Assembly: GCA_965285935.1 (NCBI GenBank)
Contig: OZ260661.1
Coordinates: forward strand, 63,612,001-63,676,000
Reading direction: 5' to 3'
DNA: 64,000 bases
Source of the DNA: Ophelia neglecta
Lineage: Eukaryota
The notes under the pieces were generated by a model. The model was not told the origin of the DNA. It saw nothing but the letters and a program-made list of their open reading frames with translations, and searched no databases. Both the position numbers and the translations under genes were made by a program. This document shows, piece after piece, positions 24,101 through 39,100 of this stretch (position 1 is its first letter; each line of letters opens with the position of its first letter).

Positions 24101-27100
24101 TTGCTGACCGAACTGAACACAAAGGCCTCTGAAATTGAATCCAGTGCCTGTCAGCCGACCAAAGTGAGCATTGAGAGGTTGTTGGCTGGAATCAATGAGA
24201 AGTGGACGACCCTGAATACTGAGGCTGAGAACAAGGGTGCTGCCACCCTGGAAACAGTAGAGAACTGGGAAATCTACCAGCAGAAAGTAGACAGCATTAG
24301 CAAGGTACTTGATACTGCTGCAGACTTGATACCAGGAGGGGAACTGGAGGCATCTCCAACAGACAAACTGTGTGAACATCTGAAAAAGACCAAGGTATGT
24401 ACAAGGTTATCTACTCTAGATAGGGTGTTAATGCTCTCACCAGTAATAGCAAAGGAAGGTTGTGGATTCTGCTGGTGGCAGATTTTATTCAAAATTTATA
24501 TAGATATTTCTTGTAAAAGAAATATTAAATAATTTCTCAACACTGCATGACAAGTATTGAATTCCATGTTTATTGTTGTTTTAAGTCCTTATGGTTTAAT
24601 GACATTATTTGAAAAGAACCAAACAATAGCAATATACCAACTATAACCCATTCATGACCTGATCTTGTTCCAGGATGCCACTGAAGCTGTGGCCCAGAGC
24701 CAGCCAGACTTATCAGCCTTACAGAAGTCAGCCCAGGCCATCCTAGTCCATCTCCCCCCTGGGGAAGCTAAACAAGGCATCCAGAAGGAACTCATTGAAA
24801 TGCAGGACAAATTTGAACAGTGAGTTCTTCTAGTTTACCTATCAAATATGAATGCTTGTAATTGATATCTAAAATGTTATTCTTTTTTGATTTACCTATA
24901 TGTGTTATTTATTAAATTACCATGATATGGAAATTTTTAATATGTGAATATCATAAAATAGTTAAATGTCTTCCAGTTTTAATGACTATAGAACTGTTTA
25001 AGCCATTTGTTATTTTTTCAGGTTGCAATGGAAGTCTAAGGAACAGCAGCGAGCCATAGAGAGTGAGGTGGCTGACCGCCAGAACTTTGTGACTGAGGTG
25101 GAGGAGACTGTGAGCTGGCTGAAAGAGGCCCAGACACAGCTGGAGGAGCCTCAGACACTGGGTATTGAGGTGGAGGAGGTGAACTGCGCCATGGATAAAC
25201 AGCAGGTACAGTCACATCACCATGCAGAGGGATAAGGTCACTGACCACCCAAAACAACCCTATCTCTCAGTCTGAGTATGCATGTAGTACAAGTATAAAC
25301 CACTTCAATGTTGTAGTTTATGAAAAATTCTTCTTTCGTGAGTTGTATATATATATCTTAATGGTGACTATAAGCAGGGTGATTGGATGTAGTGATAGTT
25401 TTTTGCAGTTCCAACCTTACATATTGATTGTTTATAGGGTATTTATTTGTTCATGTTTCTATACAAAAATAGTTTCCTGCACAGTCTTTCATACCTCTTC
25501 ATATTCAGGCCCTGAAGCAGGAAATTAAAGTCAAAATAGCACAAATGGATGACTCTGTCAAACACCAGCAGGAGAAATACAGTGTTCTTAACATTGAGCC
25601 TCCAGTAGAGTTTACACAACAAGTTGAAATTCTTAATGAGGTGGAGACCTCTGTGCTGGAGACACTGCATGTAAAGGAGCAGGCTCTGGAGCGAGCCAAG
25701 CTGGCTCGACAAGAGTACCATGTCAATCTCCAGCTGCTCTCCTCATGGCTGGTCGGAGCTGAGGAACAGCTCCAAACAAAGATGGGAGAATATGACGAGA
25801 GCAAAGAGAAACATCAGGTGTGTAGTGTGTTCAGTCGACTTTGACAGATAATGATTATTGCACCAACAAGTAGCTTATATGGTATATTGAAAATTCAGCC
25901 ACAAACAAACTTCAAGACAAACATACTAGGCTGACAGATGTACACATAGCAAATGGCTGCACTCAGTTATGAATGAAATATTTATTAAGAGTTATTTATA
26001 AAGAATTGTTGGTTGTTAACAAATTGTAGGAGCTGCTTGGAGACGTCAGTCTATTCAAGCCTAAACTAGAAATGGTACAAATCATGGGGGAAGAAATAAT
26101 TGGCACAGTACCAGAAGAATGCAAGCAAGAGGTTTCTGAAAAACTGAATGATCTGCAAAATCGCTGGGCTCAGGTTCAGAATCAAGCAGTCGTCAGAAAT
26201 TCTGAGCTCCAGGAAGCCGGGGAACTCTGGGAGAAGTTTGACGGAACTGCCCAGCTTTTGACAGGATTTGTGGAGCATTCTCACAATATGGCCAAATCAG
26301 AAATTGTCTGGGCCAATATGGACTCGGTGGAAAAACAGCTCGAAGAGCAGAGGGTAAATTTAGTCCTGCTATCAAAAGTGCTATATCTATTCATCATTCT
26401 TATATACATATGTGTAGTCTGTTAGTACAATATTTTAGCCTAGAGATTCCTAGATGATGAACATTCTACATAACATGGCAACCACTTTCAAATAGATTAA
26501 TGTGTTCATAAATTAATATTGTTTAGTCAGTGTATATACATTTATTTAGGTATTTTATCATCTTCTATAAAATTATATGGGGCATCACATGAACCTAGTA
26601 TAGATTTTCTGACCGTGAGGCCATACTAATTTACTGTGTTGACAGGGTTGCTTTTGCTATAACAATCCACAGCTGCTTTTTCGAAGTTTGCTTCAAGTGC
26701 ATTTTTTTTCTGTCACTCTCTCACTTTAGACTCTAGTAGCAGAATCTAATGTTCACCTACAAAAGGTAGAAGAACTTGAAGGTATCACCTGTAGGCTTGA
26801 CAGGCTGTGTGAGGCCAGCATGGCACAGCGAAAGATTGAGGTCGTCAGAGAATTGTACACAGCAGCTCACACCGAGAGTACAACCAGACTGGCTGAACTG
26901 GAGGAGGCTGTGGCCGAGTACAAGGAATACCAGCAGGAACTGGCTGCCGCCACTGCTTGGATGGCTAAAACCCGCCAGTCAATACAAGTCAGAGACACCT
27001 CACTCTCACTGCTGGAATCTCTTAATGCACAAGAGGTATTGGGTTTGCCTTAAGTTAATGATTTTGGAAAAATATTTGGATTTTTGTGGCAGGAATTTGT

Positions 27101-30100
27101 GGCACGTTGGTTGCTGCCAGTGGGAATTGAACCAGAGACCCTTAGATCTCCATTCAGCAACTGAACTGTGTAACTTGACACTCTTAGTAGCTTGTATCAC
27201 TAGTGGTTTGCCTAGGGAGGGGAAGGGAGGGGGGGGGGGGGGCAGGGGTAATTGCTGGGGTTAGCTTGTCAGGTGACTGGTTGGAGATTGAAGGGTATCT
27301 GATCGAAGCAGCCCTGGGTTGTTTAAAAACTGATGTGTGGGTTAGGTCTATAGAGGTGGATGTCCCATAAAAAGAATTTGTCATTGCTTTCAGAAGATTG
27401 CTACAGCTTTTTGATATTAACTAACCTAGTTGGAGTTCTGAATATTTCTTATTTTAGTCACTGCTATACTTAACTATTCTAGTAGTTTTTTCTGTAAAAT
27501 TAACATTTTTCTCAATATTCTTATCAGTATTTGACTGCTTTCTTTCCTTTACTGATTCTGAGAACTATAATATTATTGTCATTGTAAATACAGAAAGTGG
27601 TAGATGAGATTGAACTCCATGAAGACAAAGTCCAGAACCTTCTGACAAAACATGATCAGCTACGAACAAGTGAGTCTCCCTCCAGAGGCTCGGAGATTAC
27701 TCAAGAGCTAAGTGATCTGAAAAGCGAGGTTCTCCAAAAGAGAGACGAGATGAGAGAGGCCCTCAGACTGCAGGAGAGTTACGAGGAGGAGGCCAGCAAG
27801 CTGACGGGCATGATTACCGAGGCCCAGCAGAGGCTGGACGAGGAGCCTGTGTCCGGGGCCTCAGTGGGAGGCCTCAAGGAGCAGATCGCAGAACACAATG
27901 TACGTGTAGTATGTGATGCTGGTGTTATTGCTTTTAAAGTTACTAAAGCGACTGCTTGCCTACATACTTTTTTGTATTTTGAGCACCTTCTGATTTTGCT
28001 GTATTATTAAAGCTTACTACAAGCAAAGCAAACACAGTGGCTTTGGGATTTATATTACTATGTACATCCATGTATCTATATTCAGTTGGCTTTGACTAGT
28101 CCGGATGTGGATACAGTGTCAGGGAATTCATTGTGCAAAAATGGCGGCTGGGATAAAGTATTTCATAATTTGATATTCACAAATCAGAGGCCCCTTTCTA
28201 AATATATAGATGTTGATCATATATTTTGGATAAATAACCACAGTCTTGAGAAATCAAACAATCATTTAATGATGCAAACATCTTTACTTCAACTGTATTT
28301 GAACCAAGCTTCTTGTGGACGTTGATTTAAGTGTGACGGTAATAATGCCTGACATGCTAATCTCTTGTGTGCCACACAAAGTGGTGGCTGAATGCGTAAC
28401 CCTTGGTTTCAGTTACTGTCTTAGCCCATGTTTTACTCTGACAACTAGTTTATTTGCCCTTCCCTATGGTTAATAACAATTTTTGGGAAATCTTAGTTCT
28501 TTCTTTAGTTTGGGAATCATTTGATGGCATCTTATATCAGTGATGTTCACCAGGCATGATTGTGATTGAATTAGGTATATTTAGCCTCACGAGGAGTATA
28601 TTATCTTTTTATATCTCCGAATAGCTGGTAAAGACAGTTAGTATAACAAAACAAAAGACTCCAATGATGGAGTCCTGGGACAATCATATTAATTATGTGC
28701 AGGAGATGCCAGTGAACCTCAAAAACGGATAGCATATACATTTACCAACATACCTATATTATTCGGCTGCCTTTGGTTGCCTCACAGCTATATGATAAAG
28801 AAGTGTGGCATCTTTACATGAACATCATAGTTACTTTTAATTTCTTGCTTTGTAAATACATGACCTGGCTATATCTAATGTGCTGTGTAGTTATCTACAA
28901 TGTAGTTAATATTTGTATATACATTACATAGATCGTATTCAGTGGATAGAACTTTCTACTACATCTGTAGTGTACTGTGTAGTGTCCTTATTTGTAATAT
29001 TTTTGTATCTATTTATGGTACTTTAGGCATTAGCATCACAGATTCGTTCCTGGCAGTCGAGAGTGGACGAGATCAATGAGCTCAGTAGTGTGTTGAGTGA
29101 TAAGGCTAAGGAGTTGGGGGTCACATTAAGACCCCTAGGGCTCCACAACACAGCAGACACCATGTCAGACACTGGGGTGTTAACCTCAATGGCCCTGGGC
29201 TCTACCTTCAGGAGTACAATGAAGAGAGATGACAGCGGCATCCTGCTATCACCAGATCAGACTGAGTCTGCCTCCAGGCCAGACACTCTCCTGCCCACTG
29301 TTGACCCCATCACTGGACTGCCCACAATGAATAAAGAGTTCCTAAGAGCAACCAGTCCTATTTCCATAGGGTCAGATGACACTGACTTATTGCTTGGGGA
29401 GTATGCTAAACAGTTAGACGATGCTTCATCAGACGGTGGGAGGTCGGAAATCACTGCTGTGTTAATGGCAGAGGCTACTCATGTGTACCCCTTGAATGGG
29501 TCAGTTGGTTCAGGAGAGACTGTCTCTACCCTAGATGCCCTAGCAGTGGGCCAGCCCGGCCTGGCCATGGGAACCTTCTCCACCTCCAGGGACAGTCCTA
29601 CAACCGACACTCTGGAGTTGACCACCACTATGGTGATGACCAGGACCAGAGAGACCACTACCCTGGTCAGACAGAGCGTCCAGACAGACGAGGTGCTGCA
29701 CACCTCCACCCAGGAGATGGCCTCGTTTGACACCTACTCTGCAGGGACCCTGGGAGCCCTGTCCAGTGTGACATTAGACCTGAGCCAGTCTGATGTGGAC
29801 TCTTTAGACCTAGCCGACATCACACCACAGCCTGAAACCTACTCTACTGCTCTACATGGAAACAGGCAGTACACCACAACTACACACATACATACATTTG
29901 ACACCTCCACAAGTCATCCATTGCCAATGGATGGGGCATTTGCACAGCGGCCAACTACCATTGAGGGGCCATTGGGTCAAGTGAATGCCCAGGACTTGAG
30001 CTTGTTCTCGCCTGAATCAGGGGTGTCAGACCTTGGCACTCCTAGTGCACTGAGAATTACTACCTTAGACACACCTGGTCAGGAATACGAGTCAGCCCGT

Positions 30101-33100
30101 CCACTGTTCTCTATCCCTGAGATTAAAGTCAGGGACCACTCCACCCCTATAGCTCAATACAAAGGGACAGGTGGACAACTAGAACCTCCGACTTCTTTGC
30201 TAACAAGTAGAGATTTTTCCGAGACTGATTCGATCAATTCGCAAGATATCCCTCCAATATCTCTCGGAGACAGTGGAAGATCTTACCAGGTAATTACATG
30301 TACCTTCTTGATCGGAGCTTGCTGCATGTCTTCTCCAACTCCCGGGCTCTCGTCCATGTTATGCAGACTCTCTTTGTTTCAGTATTTTACTTACGTTTAG
30401 CTTTTTGGTTAATAACTGCATGTCATTTTGGTATCTTTTTGTTATTGTAGTCCTGGTGGCTAAGTTGATGTAACATGGAAAACTTTCTGCCTAGACAATT
30501 AGAGTTAATACATTAAGATTTAGTCATCGATATGGTGGATAGTCTGATATCATGTTAGATGTTATTTTAAGTGTCTTGTATGTGCGTTTACCTTTCCAGT
30601 GGTTATCTAGCTCCTTTAGGGCCAGGCCCTCTACCCCATTGCTTGATGAACTAAACACCTCCTGGCATTATTTACAACAGCAGGTATTGGGACATTATCC
30701 CAGATGATATCAAATGTTAATCACTAATCTCACTGCAGGGTGTCGATGATATTTTATGTAACTCTCCCTTAAGTTTGCCTCTAACATTGACCAGACACTT
30801 TGAATGCAGGTTTAACAGCATGAGTTGTGTATGTCATTAAATATTGGAAATGTAACACTGCATGTACTGTATTGGGAATGGTATTTTAAGTTATGTCAAC
30901 TGTTTTGATTCATTCAGTTATGAAGTTGGATGAATGTGTTATTGCTACCACTATATTATTTTGTTAATTCAAGATTTAATAGAGTGCTGTGCTACATTGA
31001 TATCCCACTCCAGGTATGGTCTCTCAGGAAGGGTTGATGTACTATTAAAACATGCTTTGAGTCATTGAAATTAAGACCCTTTTTGGACCTTCTCATCAGG
31101 GGTACCTGCAATTGTAATGGCAAATACAGTAGTAAGATTAAATTCAGGTGCATGCCAAATATAGCAATGGTGTTATTCATGTATTCATTTGTAGCTACAC
31201 CAGAGTGGAGCTCTTGGGTAGAATATTTTATATTTATGGAGATTTTTTTTGCTTTTTTTACAACCTAAACTCAGAATTTATCATGCACTGAACCTTTTAC
31301 ACGTACACTTACTACATTGCATTCCATGTTTTGTATTGTACTTGCACTAATGTATTAAGATTTGCTGTGAATTGCACCTTGTAAATTCATTTTCTTTCAA
31401 ATTAATCAGAATTTGCCTGCAGGAGGATTCCAAAGTATTTATTTTCTAAGAAAGTTTTATTTTGTGCAAAAAATTTAATTTGAAATATTTGATGACAGTT
31501 TCTTAACAGTGTGATTAAATATTCATGCATGTGTATTAATTAGAAACCACTATATTGCTATGCTGAAAAATAAATTACTGTAATAGGGTATTTCTTGACA
31601 GTAAATGATTAATTCAGTTTTACATATTTAATATGTCTTTTTCTTATTTCTTTTTCCTTGTATAGGTTGAAGAGAAGGATAGACAGTTAAATGAAGCCCT
31701 GAAGAAACAACAGCAGTACCAGGCTGCCATGCAAGCACTCAACCAGAAAATGGACCAACTTCAGAACTCTATCTCTAACAAGGATCCCAAACAACTGAGT
31801 GATCAGGAACTGAAAGACCAAATAACACACATGGAGGTAAGAAAATCTACAAGATTAACTTGATAATATGAAAGTGTAAGACTCTTATCCATAATTACTT
31901 TTTACTACATGACAATTATGTATACTTAATAACTATGATAATTATGTAAATCAAGCAATGTTTATATTTTTAGCAGTGTATGCATTCTTGTACTTTCACA
32001 ACTGATAAATGTTGCCCAGGACTGTATTTTTATATATTGCCATACAATGATTTCCTTTCAAACAGATGCTCTCAGTTGAGTTACAAATGATAGAAAATGA
32101 AATCGGCCGTGTAGAGGACCAGAGCTGTAAGCTGAGTGACCAGTATGACCCTGTAGGTAGAGAGGCGATGACCGCCTCCCTCAGGCTCGTAACAGACAGG
32201 TACAACACCATACAGAACCAACTGAAGGACAGGCAGAACCAATTAGGGGTAAGCTTAGAACACCTTCTTTATCACCTCAAATATGTAGTCATTGTAAAAG
32301 AATGTATGTTTCAAATGAAAGATGACTGAATTGAATGTGCTTTTTATTTCTTTAATGTTTTGTGACTAGTGTCATGTACATGTAGATGCTTATTACCATG
32401 TTGCCCTTGTAGTTTCTTCATGCTTCAAATATCAGATCCTGGATATTAGTACTTTTTATCCACAATAGTTTATTCATTTGTCCTTCATAAATAAGAGTAA
32501 AATCTATTTATAAGTAGTAGTATTATTAGTTTAGTACATCTGAAACATGCATGTTGGATTATATACTGCTTCTTTACTGGTTTGAGTTTATTTCTAAGCA
32601 CCCTGTCTTTTGCCTTCTCCTGTATTCCTGTCAACTTTCAATCTAATAGAAAGCTGGTGAGGATAGACAAAAGCAAGATAAAGCTTTGAAAAAGTACAAA
32701 TCCACAGTGCGAGTGTTTGAGGATTGGCTGACGGAGGCCAAGATAGCTCAGGCTGGAGAGCCTATGGTTACCTATGATGTGCCCTACATCAGGGAACAAA
32801 TCAAAGAAAACCAGGTCAGCCTCCCTAACCCTGTAACACAGCTTCTAGTATCTGTAGTAGTTAGGTCACAATTCTTTGTAGTTAATATCCATGAAGAACT
32901 TTAACATCATTCTCTGATAACATATAGGCACACTAAATGGTATTTCTCTGTGCTTTGTAGGTATAGTTAATAAAACAAAATAAAGAAATCTGCTAATTTA
33001 ACATAGCTTCAATGATTGAATGTACATGTCTCATCCTATACACTAAATGCATGTTGATGATCTTGTTGAAGCTCTTACAAGGAGAGGTGAGCGAGCACCT

Positions 33101-36100
33101 GGAGCAGTTGTCTGACCTGGGTGTTGAGTGTGAGAGTCTGGCTGAGATGGAGACCCAGTCAGGGGCGGAGCTCCTCAGACTGCAGCACCACAACCTACAA
33201 GAGGTGACCTCTTTACTTTGTACAGGCCTTGCCACATCAAGAATAAAATACATGTATTACATTGTGACTGAACAACCCCTTCCTAGTAGATATATAACAA
33301 ATCTAATGTAATCTTTCTTTGTATGTATGCAGGATACATCCCAACTCAAACTAGATACTGTACAGAAAGAAGCTCGCCTTAAAGAGGCACTCAGAGAGAG
33401 TGAGAGAAAGAAGAAGGAACTAGACGAGTACAAAGACAGTGTTCACAAGCTCCAGCAGTGGATAGACGAGACACGCAAAATCTCCCAATCTCCACCCCAG
33501 GCTGCAGAGGCCTCAGCCAAGCTGTCACTACAACAAGAACAGCTTCAAAAGGTTAGTTAGGCCACCAAACTTTATTAAATAGGATCACATTTTACCTTCA
33601 ATAACTGTCCTTTTACAATTCAATACTTGACTGTGATATGCTGAGCTGTGTTTTCTAATTGCAGCAGCTGGGTAATGATCTGACTGAGCACCAGGAGCTG
33701 ATGAGAGCAGTCAGTAAACAGGCCCGGCCGGCGATGGACAGCGGAGCCAGAGCAGATGGCAGTGTGAGCACAGAGGGTGACGTGGAACCAAGCCAACATG
33801 GAGTGGATGCAAACTGGTGGAAACTCTCCAGACAACTCTCTGAGAAAAAACTCAACCTGCAAGACAATATTGACAGAAATATGCCTCAGGTTTATATATA
33901 TTCCTTGCTTGTACAAATTTATCTTCATTATTTTTAATTATTTTGTCCGAGTTTTAAACTGCCTATATGAAAATTAAAACAAACACTCCTGCATGATTCT
34001 TTAGTTATGTATAGTTTAAAGCAAAATTGTGATTAATAATGTAATTATTTTCCCCGAACAGGACTTTGTAGGTCGTGACATGTCCTATTACTACCCCTAC
34101 CGTGTAGGAAGTCCTGATGAGCAGCCTTCCGGAGATTCGAGAGCCGCTGAGGTCCGCCGCAGTCTGGCAGATCTCAACGTCTGCTGGGAGAAGCTCCAGA
34201 GCCAGGTGGATGACAAGGAGGCCAGACTAGAGAGAGCACTGCAGTTCCAGTCAATGTATCAAGAAGCAATGCTCAATATCTCCAGCTGGCTAGATGACAT
34301 TGAACAGAGGCTCTTCCAACAGCCATTTGACAAAGATGCGGGGCAGATGCTCAAAGAAAATGAAGACTTAGATAAAGAGCTCAAGGAACTGGCCAAAGAA
34401 TTAGGTCAGATGAGTGATGCCTCTCAGAAACTCATGTCTGAGGCAAGTGCTGAAAGCAAAAACCTAATACATCAGACTTTAAAAGATCTGTATGAAAGGG
34501 TTAAGGCCCTGGAGGCCCAAATTCAAGACAAAGAGCAGGATCTGTTAAATAGAAATGGAAAGTGGAAAGACTATCAGGATGAGGTGAGAAGTCTCCAGAT
34601 GCAGTTATCTGACACCAGACAACAGTACTCAGGTTTGGCCAATAGCAGTGCTTCATTGGAACAGCAGCTGTTAGATCACAAACGACTTGATGGGCAACTC
34701 AAAGAATACGAAGAAACACTGTTGGAGCTGCAAGCCAGAGGTGAAGAGATGTTATACCAAGACTCTAAGCTAATTCTTCCAGTGGAGCTAGGGGCCCTTC
34801 AAAGCCATTGGTTAGAACTGCAGCAACAGGCTGCAGAGAGGAAATCTGATTTGGAGAGAGCCACTGCTATTCAAAGCCAATATGAGAGAATGCTTCAAGA
34901 ATATTCAGAGTTTTTAGAAACAGCCCAAAATAAATTAAAATCTGACATGGTGGCATCTAATGACATTGTTGAGTTAAGAGAAGTGCTGAATTGCCACAAA
35001 GCCTTCTTTGAAGACCTAGAGAGTCACAGAGCCCTTCTGGACACACTTGCACAAAGAGTGGACAGGGCCACTAAGCAGAGGCACTTACAGACCCACAGCA
35101 GGCTGACCAACCTCACTCATGTGGTTCAGGACAAGGCTGCGATACATGGCCACAGGCTAGAAAGACTACATCATCAATGGAGGGTCTTCAATGAGCAGTT
35201 CGAGGACATGTTAGCCTGGCTAGAACGTATAGAAAGACAAATGCCTGAAAAAATGAGTGAAGAAGCCACAATTGATCAACTGAGAAAGATGATATGGGAC
35301 CTAAAGACCATCCAGCATGCCTTGGGAGATGAGAAGGCAACCATGTACCAAGTGGTGGACAGGGGGAGGCAGCTGTTACAAGGGATTATCTGTGCACCTC
35401 TCGAAAACCAAGTGGCTGAATTTGCTGAGAGGTGGGTTCATATTAACAATGACGCATCCACCGAGTTGAAAAAGATTCAGAACCTAGTTGAACAATGGGA
35501 GACATTCGAGAGAGACTATGCCAACCTGGATACATGGCTATCGACTGCAGAGAGTAAAGTCCAGTTGCTTAGCAGTCTGGATGAACTCGAGCATGGAAAC
35601 ATTGGCGCTGTAAGGCGCAAAATGGAGCTTTTCCTTGACTTCAGAAAAGAAGTTGAAAACCAGCAGCCATTGAAGACTCGTTTAACAACTCTTGGAAACC
35701 AGTTGCTGAGACTGCGACCAAAGGATATGATACTACAAGAGAAGGTAGATCGTATGGAGGAGAGGTGGCTCAATCTGGTTTATGAGCTTCCAAACAATGA
35801 GGTACAGCTCCATGATGCTCAGATGGAGCTGCTGCCCTCCCGACAGGCCCTCAATGAGCTGCTGTTGTGGTTGGAGGGCATCGAGACCACTCTGTCAGAG
35901 GACCAGGGCAAGGTTCTCACCAGCTGTCTAGATGTACAAGTCACCCTGCAGAAATATAGGGTAAGAATCAAACTATTCCACCTATTAGTTCTATATTCCT
36001 GTGAAATGTCTTACAAGTTTCTAGATTATGACCTATGTAAATGAAAGAAAACATTGATATAAAAAACATACAGTATGTGTACAGAATATTTATTTCTTGT

Positions 36101-39100
36101 TTGTTGGTGGTAAATCTCTTCCAATAGCTTTGTTTCAACTGTTTCAGGGCCTGAAAATTGACATATCCAACCGAGAGTTGACTGTGGACTTTGTCAACCA
36201 GTCAGCAGCCCAGCAGACGACGCCTGGTGTCGGTGATCTGAACACCAGCTACCACAGTGACAAGAGTGATAAAACTGACTTTGCTGAGAGACTAGGCCTG
36301 ATGAACAAACGCTATCAGGCCGTGTCCAGCGATGTGTCAGAGAGACTCAAACGACTGGACATGTTAGAACTGAGGTGGGAGGACTATGAGAAGTGTGTCA
36401 ACAACCTGGTCCACTGGTTTGATGACCAGGAGGGCAAGGTCAAGAAGTTTCACAAAATTGGCCATGAAGTTAGTGTACAACAAGCCCTCAAGGAGTGCAA
36501 GGTAAGCTTAGGAACTTATAGCTGTGTACATTGATGTCTTACTCTCATTTACAAAGTTCCAAATTTATGTATCAATGTCTCTTTTATTTAAGCCTCTTTA
36601 ACATTTCCAGGCTATTCAGGACCAAATGAGATCTAAAGAGGATGAGATAGAACACATCAAGCAGCTGGGCCTCAATTTGGTGGATTCTCACACCGGCTCC
36701 AAGTCGAGTGCCCACGTAATCCACGAGACTGTGGATAAACTGAACAGACGCTGGGCAGCCATCGACCAGCAGGTGTACAATCTACAGAACACGCTGGAGG
36801 ATGTGCTACGTCAGTGGGACAGCTACAACACGTCTCTACAGGAGGTCCAGAGAATCCTCACAGAGACCGAGTACTCTCTCAACAGGTTTAACCTGGCCAG
36901 CGGCGACCTCAACACCTTTAACGACCTCATCTCTCAACTGAAAAAACTACAGAGCAACTTCTCCAAAGACAGAAACCACCTGGATGATATCTGTGATGCC
37001 GGCAACCAGCTTACTAAAGTATGTGATGTGTCGGTCGGCCAGAGTATCAACAAAACTGTTGGTGATGCCAAAGAAAGGTAAGTCTTGTATTTGGTTATTT
37101 TAAGTTGTTATATGCATATATATATTATATACAGAAAAAGATAAAAGTTAAACATTTTAGCAAATTAAATCTGCAAGTTTTGGTATAATAAAAGTTACTA
37201 TTTAACTTTTAAACCAGTGTTGTCAAAGTAAATATATGCCTTTGAGCTGTGTTTCTGGTGATTTATTGCTGTTTGTATGTACAGATGGCACAGACTAGAG
37301 GTGGTAATAGAGGAGCGCATTGCCCACTCCGGGGACCTTTACAAGCTGTGGGAACAGTACGAGAAGGAGTATCAAACAGGAGAAGGCTGGATCAACTCCC
37401 AGGAGAGGGAGGTCAATGACCTCCTACTGGAAGATGACGATCCTGAAAATCAACAACAGCATCTGAATAATGCAAGGGTAGGCACAATTAGTCTCGTTTA
37501 GTGCACTTATACATTGAATGTAGATCCTGTCCAATATCATATAGTTTATTGATATATGATTATTATATACATTATATCTATTATATAAAAGCTTGACAAT
37601 TAAAGTGTTGTTGTTTACCCCACCTTATAGACTTTTATTTCTGTCCCCTAGTCCCTCCAGGCGGCTGTAGAAGGCTTCAGAGACAACCTGAGTGGGCTGA
37701 GCAGGCTGAGTGACCAGCTGACCAAGAACATGGACAATGCCACCATTATCCGCCTGACGTCTCGGGAGACCATGCTGGGCCAGCGTCTGCTCAACATGCA
37801 GCAGGCCTTATCTAAACACATCCATCATCTTCAGGCGGGAGTAGCCAGACACGCCAGGTTCATGACAACCTACAGGGCTGTGGATGGCTTTCTGTCGGAT
37901 GTGGACGGCATGCTCAGTGAGGAGGATCCTCTTAAATCCTCAGATGAGGAGGTTATCAGGGAGAGATTGTCTAAACTTCAGGATGCCACATCCAGATTTA
38001 GACAAAAGCAGATGGACTTGGATCATCTGAACCACACTGGCTTCCGCCTGCCCCTTAGTGACGCAGACTCCAACAGAGTGCGCCTCTTGAACCAGCGTTG
38101 GTACAACCTGTGTTCTGACACCACTGGACGCTACAAAAAGATGCAGAGCGTGCTCCTCCTGCAGCAGAACTTCAATGAGAAGTGTGAGGAGTGGATGGGC
38201 TTCCTGGCCAAGGTGGAGACTGACTTGGCAGCCGACATTGCCAGAAACTATGAGGACCTTGTAGAACAACAACATATATATAATGTAAGTCTGGTGACTT
38301 ATATAGTGTACATTATTTATGTCAATTTTATCTCACATCAATATTCAGTTACAAAAAGATTAAATTATTAGTCGTAGATACTTGCAAAGTTTTTTTTTGC
38401 TACTATTTAAGATTTATATGATTTGAAATTGATTCACAGCAATTCCAAGCAGAAATATTTAGTCGGCAGCAGATTCTACATTCAATCATCAACGAAGGGC
38501 TTCAGATGATCCAAGATGGCGACATCGAGGATCGCATTGAATTTGAACAGAAACTGACCTTACTAGATGAACAATGGCAGAGCGTGGTGAGACGGGCAAA
38601 CCAGAGAAAGACCATCATTGACAACCTGGTGGCCCAGTGCCAGAGGTACAGCCAGCTCTACGAGAAGCTCCAGGAGAAACTGGAGGAAATAAACAGGGGG
38701 GTGGATTCTCTCCAGTGTGAGAAGGCACCTCTACAACAAATCAGGCAGCTTCTCAATAACTGTAAAGTAAGTCTCCACACACGTCTCCAAAATATATAGG
38801 GCTAGGGCCATGATTACAGTTTCACTTTCTTTAACTTTGATATCATTTAACTTCTTAGTCCTTAAATAAGTTAAATTATTCTTTAAAGCATAATTAGTTA
38901 TGGTAGTGCAATTTGATTAAACCATAGTTAATTAAAGTAGTGCACTATATTTCATGTTACTGCAATTGACCATACAATAATGATACATTACTGGAGTTGT
39001 TTTCACTTTTGTGCGCTGTATCGTCCGTCCTGTCAAGTTTTAAGTCCTAGAATCGTTTCTTGCAAACACAAAGTAGCCAGTTCCCTCATGCGACAAACAA

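Noticed and set aside
30290-30400. Read-through extension of ORF 29063-30400
   Set aside because: A good donor CAG|gtaatt at 30289 and the in-frame downstream exon w20 explain it as intron.
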